Below the pieces are notes generated by a model. That model was not told the DNA's origin. It did not search any database and saw nothing but the letters and a program-made list of their open reading frames with translations. A DNA stretch of 63,691 bases, the filler included, from Reclinomonas americana ATCC 50394 (Eukaryota): the NCBI GenBank assembly GCA_048213135.1. It is 20 parts of 20 records of this genome, joined end to end, with 100 filler letters (N's around TTAATTAATTAA, not from the genome) between each part and the next. Parts side by side here need not be neighbours in the genome. Positions count along the whole stretch, not along the records: positions 1 to 1,776 come from AFZH01024057.1; positions 1,877 to 3,676 come from AFZH01024059.1; positions 3,777 to 5,492 come from AFZH01024060.1; positions 5,593 to 7,082 come from AFZH01024061.1; positions 7,183 to 8,566 come from AFZH01024062.1; positions 8,667 to 18,169 come from AFZH01024064.1; 14 more parts are not named here. One strand, 5' to 3'. Below are positions 1 to 10,000 of the stretch, piece after piece (position 1 is the stretch's first letter; each line of letters begins with the position of its first letter). A program made the position numbers and the translations under genes.

Positions 1-1776
1 CACGTCCGCTCCGGGCGCGAGTACCACTTCAACTCAATGACTCCATGCGGAAAGCTGCGCGTCCTCAGCGACTGGGCTCGACAATCTGCCGATGCGCGAC
101 AATTCGTGACCCGGCAGCTCACCAAACAACTTCGTCCAGCGTTCGACGAACTGTCAGCACCCAACGTATTCGGAAGCGCCGAGGGCGCTTGGCGGGTACT
201 CCGCGGTATGTGGTTTGAAGTCGGGGACGAGCAGCAGCTCACCAAGACAAACACCATGCTGGCAAGCATCATGCTTGAGGGCGCGACAGAGTCTCTACTC
301 CCAGTCGCAATCGGGGCCGTGCTGCTCGACAGCCTCCGGCTGAAGCTCACAAGGGGAGAACTGCTCGAACGTTTAGCTCATCACGGGATCTCACCCCGCG
401 GCGCGGCGAGCCTCCGGACGGCGAGAAACGAGGTGAGCGCAACGCACGCAAGTTGGCGGAGCAGCGTCCAACGCGACCTGCTGACGCCTCCCATCCCGCG
501 GGCCGAGTCTGTGGAGCTCATGGAAGCGATGCAAACGACGCGATTGTCCCTCGTCGTTGGGGCTGGTGGTGGTGGCAAGAGTTCAGTTCTCTATCAGGCT
601 GCGAGCGAGATGGAGGCGGGAGGCGCCGAAGTACTGGCATTCAGACTTGACCGCCGCGGAGCCTTTGGCTCGACGACGGAGCTGGGGAAGCAACTGGGGC
701 TCTCCACCTCACCCGTCGCGTCGCTTCGAATAGCCGCTGGCAACCGAGATGCCTTCCTGATAATCGATCAACTCGATGCAGTCTCACTAGTATCAGGCCG
801 GCTCTCGAACCGATACGACGTGATCGCCGATCTCATCGACGAGGCTATGTCCATCGACGGAATACGGGTGATTCTCGCTTGCCGCCTATTCGACGTCGAG
901 AACGACCACCGTATCCGAAAACTCGACGCGCGGGACGATGTACAGAGGCTCACGGTCCGCCCGCTTTCCCTTGAAGCCGTCGATGAGGCGGTCCTGGCTA
1001 TGAGCCTCGACGCTTCCACTCTCACTGCTTCACAGCGAGAGTTGCTGAGATCACCTCTCAACCTCGTGCTCCTTGAGACAGTCGCGAACGAGCCAGGCGC
1101 GCTCAACTTTACGTCGCGCGGTTCGCTGTTCGACGCGTTCTGGAGTCGCAAGCGCCAAGTTATCAAGGATGATCATCCCCTAATCCGTTTCAATGAGGTG
1201 CTGGCATTGGTCGCGAACACCGCAAGCGATCAGCAGTCCCTTTCGATACCGATCGAAGCACTCGACGCCGATGACTTCATCAATGATGCTCAAATTCTCG
1301 TGTCCGAACAAATTCTGGCCATCGATAGCGATCGCGTCTCGTTCTTCCATGAGACTTTTTTTGACTACACCTTTGCGCGCCAATGGTTATCGAGACAGCA
1401 GTCACTGGTCAAGTTTCTCTGCGCACAGGAACAAGAGTTATTCCGACGATCTCAGGTGCGTCAGATTCTTGAGCTGATGCGTGAGCGCGACCCGGCGCGT
1501 TTTCGGGCGGAGATCGAGGCAGCACTTACCGAATCAGCGATACGCGTTCATATTAAACAACTGATCATGATCGTGCTCGCGGAGATCGAGCTGCCAACGC
1601 CGGAGGACGTCGACCTCGTCGTGAGGGTCACTGACCGAGAGCCCGCATTATCGAGTCGACTGTGGCAGCAGATTGCCCGCTCGAGCTGGTTCGGTGTCCT
1701 CAACGACGAGGGCCTCATCGCGGCTTGGCTCGATAGTGACGATCCGATTCTTCGGCAGCGAGGCGTAGCAGGATTG
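1..1776 (+). CDS. STAND/NACHT-like P-loop NTPase, Avs (AVAST)-type antiviral candidate; partial at both ends
   Basis: The open frame runs through the whole piece. Walker A GAGGGGKSS, Walker B LIIDQLDAVS, sensor ILACR, LRSPLNL motif, winged-helix motif FFHETFFDYTFAR, then a helical region (EQELFRRSQVRQIL). Confidence 0.7.
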
Positions 1777-1876
1777 NNNNNNNNNNNNNNNNNNNNNNNN
1801 NNNNNNNNNNNNNNNNNNNNTTAATTAATTAANNNNNNNNNNNNNNNNNNNNNNNNNNNNNNNNNNNNNNNNNNNN
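1777..1876. other. Artificial 100-nt assembly spacer (N44-TTAATTAATTAA-N44), first of 19
   Basis: Identical spacers start at 1777, 3677, 5493, 7083, 8567, 18170, 19736, 21892, 25102, 29464, 31676, 34272, 37435, 40682, 42756, 46799, 50904, 53454 and 58427. TTAATTAATTAA gives stops in all six frames. Confidence 0.98.
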
Positions 1877-1880
1877 ATCG

Positions 1881-2297
1881 TCATGCGAGCACGACCTCGC
1901 GCTGCACCGGCACGCGGTTGGTGACGTAGTGCCCGGGTCCGCCGTCGACGCCCGGCATGATCTGCATGTACAGCAGACGCATGGTCAGGACGACCTCGAC
2001 GGTGAGCGCGTCGCCGGCCTGCGGCACCGGGTCGAGGTCGATCAGGACCTCGGGGCGCTCGGCGACGAACCACAGCGTCTCGTGCTGCTCGGGCAGCTCG
2101 TCGACGCGGTACGTGCGTCCCTCGAGCTCGAACCGCAGGGACTCGGTCGGGATCGCGACGCCGTTCACCGTGGCGGCGACGCCGTCGACGGCCGACAGCC
2201 AGAGGCTGCGATACCAGGGCAGCTGCACCGAGACGGCGATGCCGGTGTCGGTGCGGCGGACGTCCTTCTCGGAGAACAGGGAGTTGTGAGTGGCCAT
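1881..2297 (-). CDS. C-glycoside deglycosidase beta subunit (DUF6379; DgpB/CarC-like)
   Basis: 138 aa from ATG at 2297 (MATHNSLF...). Motifs VQLPWYRSLWLSAV and ETLWFV. Lies directly downstream of a TIM-barrel alpha subunit. Its TGA overlaps a possible next ATG (ATGA). Confidence 0.85.
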   Translation of the reverse strand: MATHNSLFSEKDVRRTDTGIAVSVQLPWYRSLWLSAVDGVAATVNGVAIPTESLRFELEGRTYRVDELPEQHETLWFVAERPEVLIDLDPVPQAGDALTVEVVLTMRLLYMQIMPGVDGGPGHYVTNRVPVQREVVLA

Positions 2298-2310
2298 GAG
2301 TGACTCCGAT

Positions 2311-3336
2311 TCAGACCGCGACTGCGGTCTCTTCGATCGCACGACGCATGAGGTCGTGCTGCTTCTTGACGAGGTCGATGGGGTCGCTCTCACCGAGGTC
2401 GGAGAAGGCGTGGCCCTCCCACTCGCTGGAGAGGTAGCCCTGGTAGCCGCCCTCGACGAACTGACGCACGATGCGCGGGATGTCCATGGCCGGCTCCTCC
2501 CCGTCGGGGCCGATGTCGTAGAACTTGGCGTGCACGTGGAAGATCTGCGGCATGATGTCGAGCCATTCCTCCGGCGGCACGAGTCCGTGCATGTTGAAAG
2601 CCAGACGCGTGAACGGACCGAGTCGGGCGAAGTCGAAGTTCTCCGAGGTCAGGAAGTCCTCGAACTTCTGGTTGCGCACGTGCATCGGCGTCGGCTCGTG
2701 CCAGATCTCGTCCATGACCGTGAAGTACTTGTCGGGCATGCCCATCTGCCGCATCGTGCGCAGCAGCGTCGGTGAGAGGGAGTGCATCGTCGACGAGAAG
2801 TCGGCCGTGAAGCCGAGCCGGTCGGACTGCAGCTCGTCGTACATCTCGCGCATCTGCAGCACCTGCGGGTTGTTCGGACCCGACGGCGCGTGGATCTCGT
2901 AGCCCAGCTTCTGGTCGTACTTCTCGGCCAGCGGCAGGAGGCTGCGCAGCAGCTCCTTGCCGTGCGAGCGGATGACGACCTTCTTGAAGCCGAGCGTGTG
3001 CGCGGTCTTCAGCTGGCGGGCGAGGAACTCGTGTTCCTCGTCCGGCGTCATGTCGCGGTCCTTGCGACGACCCATGTCGAGGTTCGTGCCGATGGCGCTG
3101 GGCTCGAAGCCGTAGCGGTCCATGCTGTCGCGCCAGATCTTCACGAAGTCGTCGTCGACATCCGGGTACGAGCGCAGCATCTGCGCGATGTTGAACTCGA
3201 TGCCCGGGCCGAGGCCGTGGTCGGCCGCCGCCTTGATTAGCGTCTCGGGCGTGTAGAGCCCTGCGGCGAATTCGGAGGTGAGCGAGTAGAGCGTGATGCC
3301 GAGCTTGATGCCCGTGCCGGCGATGCCGTCGGTCAT
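2311..3336 (-). CDS. C-glycoside deglycosidase alpha subunit (sugar phosphate isomerase/epimerase TIM barrel; DgpC/CarB-like)
   Basis: 341 aa from MTDGIAGTGIKLGITLYSL. Metal-site motifs YEIHAP, ADFS, HVHAKFY and SSEWEGH. ATGA overlap with the upstream gene at 3333-3336. Confidence 0.85.
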   Translation of the reverse strand: MTDGIAGTGIKLGITLYSLTSEFAAGLYTPETLIKAAADHGLGPGIEFNIAQMLRSYPDVDDDFVKIWRDSMDRYGFEPSAIGTNLDMGRRKDRDMTPDEEHEFLARQLKTAHTLGFKKVVIRSHGKELLRSLLPLAEKYDQKLGYEIHAPSGPNNPQVLQMREMYDELQSDRLGFTADFSSTMHSLSPTLLRTMRQMGMPDKYFTVMDEIWHEPTPMHVRNQKFEDFLTSENFDFARLGPFTRLAFNMHGLVPPEEWLDIMPQIFHVHAKFYDIGPDGEEPAMDIPRIVRQFVEGGYQGYLSSEWEGHAFSDLGESDPIDLVKKQHDLMRRAIEETAVAV

Positions 3337-4368
3337 GCGCGGAGTCCCTTCGTGAGAGCGTGCGGGAGGTGGGCGGCGAGGGCCTGCTGCGCCTCGGCCG
3401 CATCGGTGATCATGCGGCTGCCCGCGTTCTCGGCGGCCGAGCGCTGCACGGCCTGCTCGCCGGCGATGATGTCGAACGGGCTCTGCCAGTGGTTCCAGTG
3501 CCAGCCCTCGTACTCGCTCGACACGGCACCGGAGTAGCCGTTCTCGACGAGCAGTGTGATGAGGTCGCGCACCGGGACCGACGGCTCTTCGCCGTTCTCG
3601 TCGATGCCGAAGAACTTGCCGTGCACGTGCTTGACCCACGGCATGATCTCGAGCCAGTCGTTCACCCGGGCCGGACNNNNNNNNNNNNNNNNNNNNNNNN
3701 NNNNNNNNNNNNNNNNNNNNTTAATTAATTAANNNNNNNNNNNNNNNNNNNNNNNNNNNNNNNNNNNNNNNNNNNNCGCCACGGCGACGGTAGGCCTCGA
3801 TGAGCGACGGCGCGAAGCCCGAGACGGTCGCGCCCCAGTCCATCGTGAAGCCGAGGAACGGCGAGCCGACCTTCTCGTAGCGATCGCGGAGCGCGAGGAT
3901 GCGCGGGTGCGAGGCGTACTGGTCGGCGTGCACCTCGAGCGCGAGCGTGACCCCGTGCTCCTCGGCGATCGGCGCGAGCGCCTCCATCGAGTCGGGGGTG
4001 ATCGAGATCTGCACGCGGGCGATCGGGAAGCCCAGCTTCGCCGCTGCCTTGATCTGCAGGGTCATGTAGTCGATCAGCTCGTCCTGCGTCAGCATCCGAT
4101 CGCGGTGGATGCCGATGTCGGCGTTGACCGCGAGCGACGTCGTGACCAGCCCGACCTCGTCGATCAGGTCGCGGAATCCGCCGGCGAACGCGTCGTCGAT
4201 GTGCGGGAAGCCGCGGAAGCTGGAGAACCCGATGATCTCGAGTCCCGGTCCGTGCCCCTCGGCGGCGACCTTGCGGATCAGCTGCTCGAGGTCGTACTCG
4301 CGACCGTGGAACGCGCGGGTGTAGCTGTAGAGCGTGACACCCTGGATGGGCGTACCGAGAGCGGTCAT
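3333..4368 (-). CDS. Second C-glycoside deglycosidase alpha subunit, split by the spacer at 3677-3776
   Basis: N-terminal part 4368-3777 (MTALGTPIQGVTLYSY...LEVHA...MDWG). C-terminal part 3676-3333 (HVHGKFF...SSEYEGWHW). The halves are complementary and collinear, with ATGA overlaps at both ends. Confidence 0.8.
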
Positions 4369-4775
4369 GCCGCCACCTCCTGGGCCTGGCGTGCGGACAT
4401 GGTCTTGGTGTCGTGCTCTTCGATGTGCAGCGTCTCGCTGTCGGAGATGATGATGTACGGGATGAAGAGCGTGAGGTCGACGCGCACCTCGTGGTCGCCC
4501 TCGGCCGCCACCGGCAGATCGCCGGAGAGGACCGCGGAATCGACGGGGAACCACCACTCCTCGACGTTCGTGGCGAGTTCCTCGAACGTGAACTCCCGGC
4601 CGTTCATGGTCCAGCGGAGCGACTCGCTCGGAGCCTCGACGCCGTCGACGGTCAGCTTCGCTCCGGCGATGCAGCTGCCGGGCAGAGCGCGGTACCAGGG
4701 GAGGCGGACCTCCACGGAAGCGCGGGCACCGTCGGTGACGAGCGTGCCCTGTTCGATGATGCGATCGGGAATCAC
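4365..4775 (-). CDS. Second C-glycoside deglycosidase beta subunit (DUF6379)
   Basis: 136 aa, GTG start with RBS AAGGAG at 4788-4783. Motifs VRLPWYRALPGSCI, EEWWF and LFIPY. Confidence 0.85.
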   Translation of the reverse strand: MIPDRIIEQGTLVTDGARASVEVRLPWYRALPGSCIAGAKLTVDGVEAPSESLRWTMNGREFTFEELATNVEEWWFPVDSAVLSGDLPVAAEGDHEVRVDLTLFIPYIIISDSETLHIEEHDTKTMSARQAQEVAA

Positions 4776-4791
4776 AGGTGGTCTCCTTGAC

Positions 4792-4840
4792 TACTTTGTC
4801 CTTGTTTAGACAGACTAATGTCTTTTTCCTACATAAGCAA
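4792..4840 (-). promoter_or_regulatory. Sigma70-type promoter with overlapping palindromic operator upstream of the deglycosidase genes
   Basis: On the minus strand: TTGCTT (4840-4835), 17-nt spacer, TAGTCT (4817-4812). Imperfect inverted repeat TACTTTGTC-N8-GACAGACTA at 4792-4817. The site is an AT-rich island in GC-rich DNA. Confidence 0.6.
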
Positions 4841-4843
4841 GAT

Positions 4844-5492
4844 TCAGCCGAGGGTTTCGGCGATCTTCCTGGCTCCGCGAACCGCGAGCGCGACCGACGT
4901 CAGAGTCGGGTTGCATGCCGTCGACGTGGGGATGACGTTGTTGCCCGCGACGAAGAGACCGGGCACGTCCCAGACCTCGCTGTCGGGCGAGCACACACTC
5001 CGACCGTCGTCCGCGAGCCCCATCCGCGTACTCCCCTGATAGTGCAGCGAGGCGCCGGCAGGCATCGTGAACGGACGCTCGTCGAGGGGGTCGCCGACCG
5101 CGCGACCGAGGCGCACGACCTCTTCGCGCGCCCGCTCCATGACCGCATGATCGCGCGGGGTGAGCGTGTAGTGGATCGTCATCGCGGGCATGCCGTAGCC
5201 GTCGACCGCGTCGTCGGAGAACTCGACCCTGTCGTCCCACTGCAGCTCCTTGGCCGTGAAGAGACCGAGCCCGACGATGGACCCGGGCACCACCGGATCG
5301 TCCTCCGCGAGCGGCACCGGCGAGGCGTCGAGCTGCATGATCTGACCGTGGAAGGGCATGGCGTCGGTGAACGGCACCCAGGTGACGCCGCTCTGCTCGC
5401 TCAGTGCGCCGGACGCGGCGACCGCATCCTCTCCACCGGCCTGCACGTCGCGCAGGCGCGACGCGAAGACGATCTGCGTCTGGTCGTTCAGC
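4844..5492 (-). CDS. GMC-family FAD oxidoreductase, pyranose-oxidase-like glycoside 3-oxidase (CarA-type); 5' truncated
   Basis: C-terminal GMC motifs GASLHYQGSTRMG and VPGLFVAGNNVIPTSTACNPTLTSVALAVRGA (catalytic His/Asn pair). Adjacent to C-deglycosidase genes. Confidence 0.85.
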
Positions 5493-5592
5493 NNNNNNNN
5501 NNNNNNNNNNNNNNNNNNNNNNNNNNNNNNNNNNNNTTAATTAATTAANNNNNNNNNNNNNNNNNNNNNNNNNNNNNNNNNNNNNNNNNNNN

Positions 5593-6996
5593 GCATACAC
5601 ACCACAAGCCAAACGACAGATTGTCTGTGTGGCCAGTCGCCGCCATCGCAAAGAACACGGCGAGGAAAATGAAGCGCCGGTACAACTGGTAACTCTCGTA
5701 CCACACGAAGCGCGGCTTGAAATGTGAGTACAGGCCGCCGAAACGTCTCTTGAAAGACTCGTCTTGCAGCCGTGCCGGGTTCGCTGTGCGCATGCGCACA
5801 AGTATCCATCCGGAGATGGCTGGCGCGGCCGCCGTCACCAGGAACACGGTGCCGTACAGAATCAGCAAGTAGAAGTAGGAGCCAGAGCACTCGATACTGG
5901 GCTTCAGCAGCACAACGCGCGTCTCGTCGACCGGGGTGCACGTGAAGTAGCTCAGGCACGTCTCCCCGATGCCCTCGAATGCGCCGACACCGAGCACCAC
6001 GGTTGTGCTGATGTAATAATCGGGCGCAGCAGTACGCGTGAACCAGCGTAGCACGCGTCCACACAGGCCAGTGCGCTTGCGACTTGTAGTGCCGCTCCGG
6101 TGATCCGCGGTGCAGCACCGCAGCGCCCACGCCAGCGTTCTGTGAGCCACAAAGAGCAGCCACAAGAGCGCCACATACACCAAGGGCATAATGAGGTGCC
6201 ACGCCATGCTCAGCTGCGGAGAGACTGGGAACGGGCAATGCTCGTTGCCGAAAGCAGGCACCCAAAAGTTGACAATCCTGGTACATATGTTTTGCAGGGT
6301 GAGTATGCAGTAGAGCTATCAAGACATCTTGCTTTTTCCGTATGCATCTCCCTTTTCCCAATCATGCACGCAACTTGCTCAGACTCAGCAGTTCAATGTT
6401 GGGATAGAACAGCAGCGCCGTAGTCTGCATCTCGAATAGGATCATCTTTGTGGATCCGGCAACCTCGCCCTGTGACAACAGATGCTGCAAGCACGTGCAA
6501 TCACTATGTGAGGCACGAGAATTCAACTAGAGGGGGAGCATGCACATGCATCAAACCTGCACGAACACAATGCCGAGCGCACGGGCAAACATGAACGCAG
6601 TAGCACCGGCATTGGCGGAGGGGCACTCGATGCACTCAGCGTTCCACTCCGAGTATCCTGCGCGCATCACCATTTGTGCGTCAGAAGTCAACTCAGTACC
6701 GTTTGGAATCCGGGCGCAATACACTCTCATCGATTAGCATTCAGCACACTGACACATATCTATGTCGGTGTTGCCACTCCGCCTCCATCAATCACTCTGA
6801 AGTGCGGTGGTCTCACTTCCGCTCGCTGTCAGACGATAGCAATCACCAATCACTGTTTGCCTCAAATCACTTCATACGTGTCAACAGAGGCTTCCGTTCG
6901 TCGCTCTCTCTCTCTCTCCCTCTTTCTGTCGATCCCAGTCTGATATCCCACCTCTCTCTCTCTCTTTCTCTCATTGTCTCTCTCTCTGTCTCTCTT

Positions 6997-7082
<86 letters not shown>

Positions 7083-10000
7083 NNNNNNNNNNNNNNNNNN
7101 NNNNNNNNNNNNNNNNNNNNNNNNNNTTAATTAATTAANNNNNNNNNNNNNNNNNNNNNNNNNNNNNNNNNNNNNNNNNNNNCGCTCTATGTCTATCCCA
7201 CACATCTATATGTCACCCCACTCTCACTCCGTCACTGTGGAGTAGTTTTTCTGTGGTGCTGCTTCCTCTCCAGTCATCTCGTTTCGCTTTCTTTTGCGCT
7301 CCCGTCCCTTCGTCGTTCCTTCTTCTGTCTCTCTGCCACACTCTCCCAATCTCTTTCTCTCCTTTCTGTCTCTTTCTTACTGCTTCTTTCTCATCTCTCT
7401 CTGTCCGTCTCTTGTTAATCCCATTCCTCTCCCACTCCGTCACTGTGGAGTGGTTTTCCCTTGGTGTTGTTTCCTCTCCAGTCATCTCACTTCTCAAACA
7501 CAAGTCGCATCTCGCTTTCTATTGCGCTCCCGTCCCTTCGTCGTTCCTACTTCTGATCTCTTTCTCTCCTGCCTATCTCTCTCTTTCTGCCTCCTTGACC
7601 TTCTCATCTCTAATTTCTTTTTGAATATCCCCTTCCTCTCCCACTAATCAATAGTCCCAGTCTGTCAAACGCCTCCTGTATTTAACACTCCCTTCTCCTG
7701 CACTCCTCTCTTGCCTTCCTTCTCACTTCTCTTCCCCTATACCACCCTCCCCTCCCCCTCTTCTGTTCGCACCTTCGTCACATGCCCCACACAGAGGCGA
7801 GTCCGACCGCCGATGCGAGTCTTCTCGGCACATATACGTTATGTCGTCGTATATAGTGTACGCTAGCGCTGTCCAAGAAAAATAATGAGCATCGTAGAGC
7901 ACCACAGTGTGTGTTTACCAGCGGCGTGCGTAACTGACACCGCCCTGTATCACATCCCCATCGCGCTCGCAAAAACTGTATGGACACTGGTAGATGGTGA
8001 CATTTGCGTTAGGTCGTTGTCGATACGTTGCGAGCGGAGGCGACCAGAAGTTGTCGGGCAAGGCTAGAATGCCGTTGCCAGGGCACAGAGCATATGGCAG
8101 ACACTGGCTGCACTGCTGGTCCTCCGAAGGTAGGCCGAGATTAAACGATCCCACAGCGCACAGCTGCATGAATGAGTGAGCTATTATCGAGAAACCATTT
8201 CATCGTCTCCCTCTACCCCCACTTCCTTCCTTTCTCTCTTCCACTCATGTCTCTCTCTCTTTTCCTGTTTTGTCCTCTCTCTTCCTCTCTTCCTTACCTC
8301 TCTTTATCCTTTCCTTTGTTTCTCTCTTCCACTCAGCTCCCTCTTTCTTCCTGTTTCGTCCTCTCTTCCTCTCGTCCTGGCTTCTCTCCCTCCCTCCCAT
8401 CACTCTCCTCCATCCATCCCTCCCTTTCCCTCTCCTCCCTCTCTCTCCTCCTTCTCCTCCTCCTCCTTCTCCTCCTCCTCCTTCTCCTCTTCATCCTTCT
8501 CCTCCTTCTGCTCCCTCCCCTCCCCTCCCCTCCCCTCCCCTCCCTCTCCTCCCCTCCCTCTCCTCTNNNNNNNNNNNNNNNNNNNNNNNNNNNNNNNNNN
8601 NNNNNNNNNNTTAATTAATTAANNNNNNNNNNNNNNNNNNNNNNNNNNNNNNNNNNNNNNNNNNNNTAAGTAATCGCATAGGGAGACACGGGATGCAACG
8701 CAACAGTGTTGTTAGAGAACGTGACACCTTGTGACGTCGCCACCGCCACATGTTGCAACAGGAGAGCACCGCCAGAGAGCGTGGCTCGGTTGCCAAAAAT
8801 CTGGGACGACTGCAGCAGAAGTGTGCTGTGCTCCATAGCCAGCAACGCTCCACCGTCACCGCGCGTGGCCACATTCGCCGAGATGATAACCGACGACAGG
8901 CTGTGGCTGCTGGACTCGGTGCTGAACAGACCACCGCCAAACTCAGCCTGGTTATTCGACATTATTGTTCCCTGAGACCACACGGTCTGTGATGTACCCG
9001 CGGCGTACGTGCAGCCACCAAAGCCGGTTGCCATGTTCGCCGAGCACACAGCATTCGAGAGCGTCGCCTGTGCTGACTGCGACAGCCAAACGGCCCCTCC
9101 ATCCACGGCCGTATTGGACACCAGCTGAGAGCCGGCAGTAATGTTCAGCGATACATTGAGTCCAGCCAGGGCCACCGCCCCACCCTGTTTCTCGGCCACG
9201 TTGTGCGACATGGTGCAATTGCTTACAAGCACTGTCACAGTGCCAGTCGCCAGCGTCACCGCCAGTGCCCCAGCTTGATTCTGTGCGACATTGCCGACAA
9301 GTGACGTCTCCGCGATGACGACATTCACAGCCGTGGTCGACAGGACACTGATGGCGCCGCCATCAGCAGCCTTGTTGCCACTAAGAACGCATCCTTGCAC
9401 GGAAATCATGATCGTCGATGCATCGATCGTACCACCACCGTCAATTGCGATGCCACCTCCGCTCGTGTACGCTTGATTGGCGCTAATCGTACACTGAGCG
9501 GCCTGCGACGACTCACCAGCCAGAAACATAGCGCCTCCAAAGCTCGCAGAGTTTTCGGTGAGGATAGAGCCAGCCACGAGTGAAAAACGACCCACCGTCA
9601 CCGCTCCTCCGCCGACAGACGATCCGCTGGCCGAGTTGGAGGTGAAGTTGGAATTCCATGCAAACGAGCCTCCGCCGAGCAACAGAGCACCACCACCACA
9701 GCCACTGCCCGTGAATGCCGAAGGCACATCAAGGACGAGAGTGTTGGCCTCGAAATGACAGCCGCGGGCGACGGTAGGGCCAGCAAAGAGTGCTGCACCA
9801 CCGCCGTTGGAGCTTCCGCTTGAGAATGCCACGACTGTGGGTGACGAAGCAAACGCTCCACCCACTCCAGGCTGGTGTGCTGCATTCCCACGAAAGATGC
9901 AGTCAAGCACCAGGGCACCGCCGAGCACCATGTTGATGTTGAGAAGCAGAGCACCACCACCTGCGTGTCAGAGTGCACGTGAGGCATCAGTTTTGAGAGA

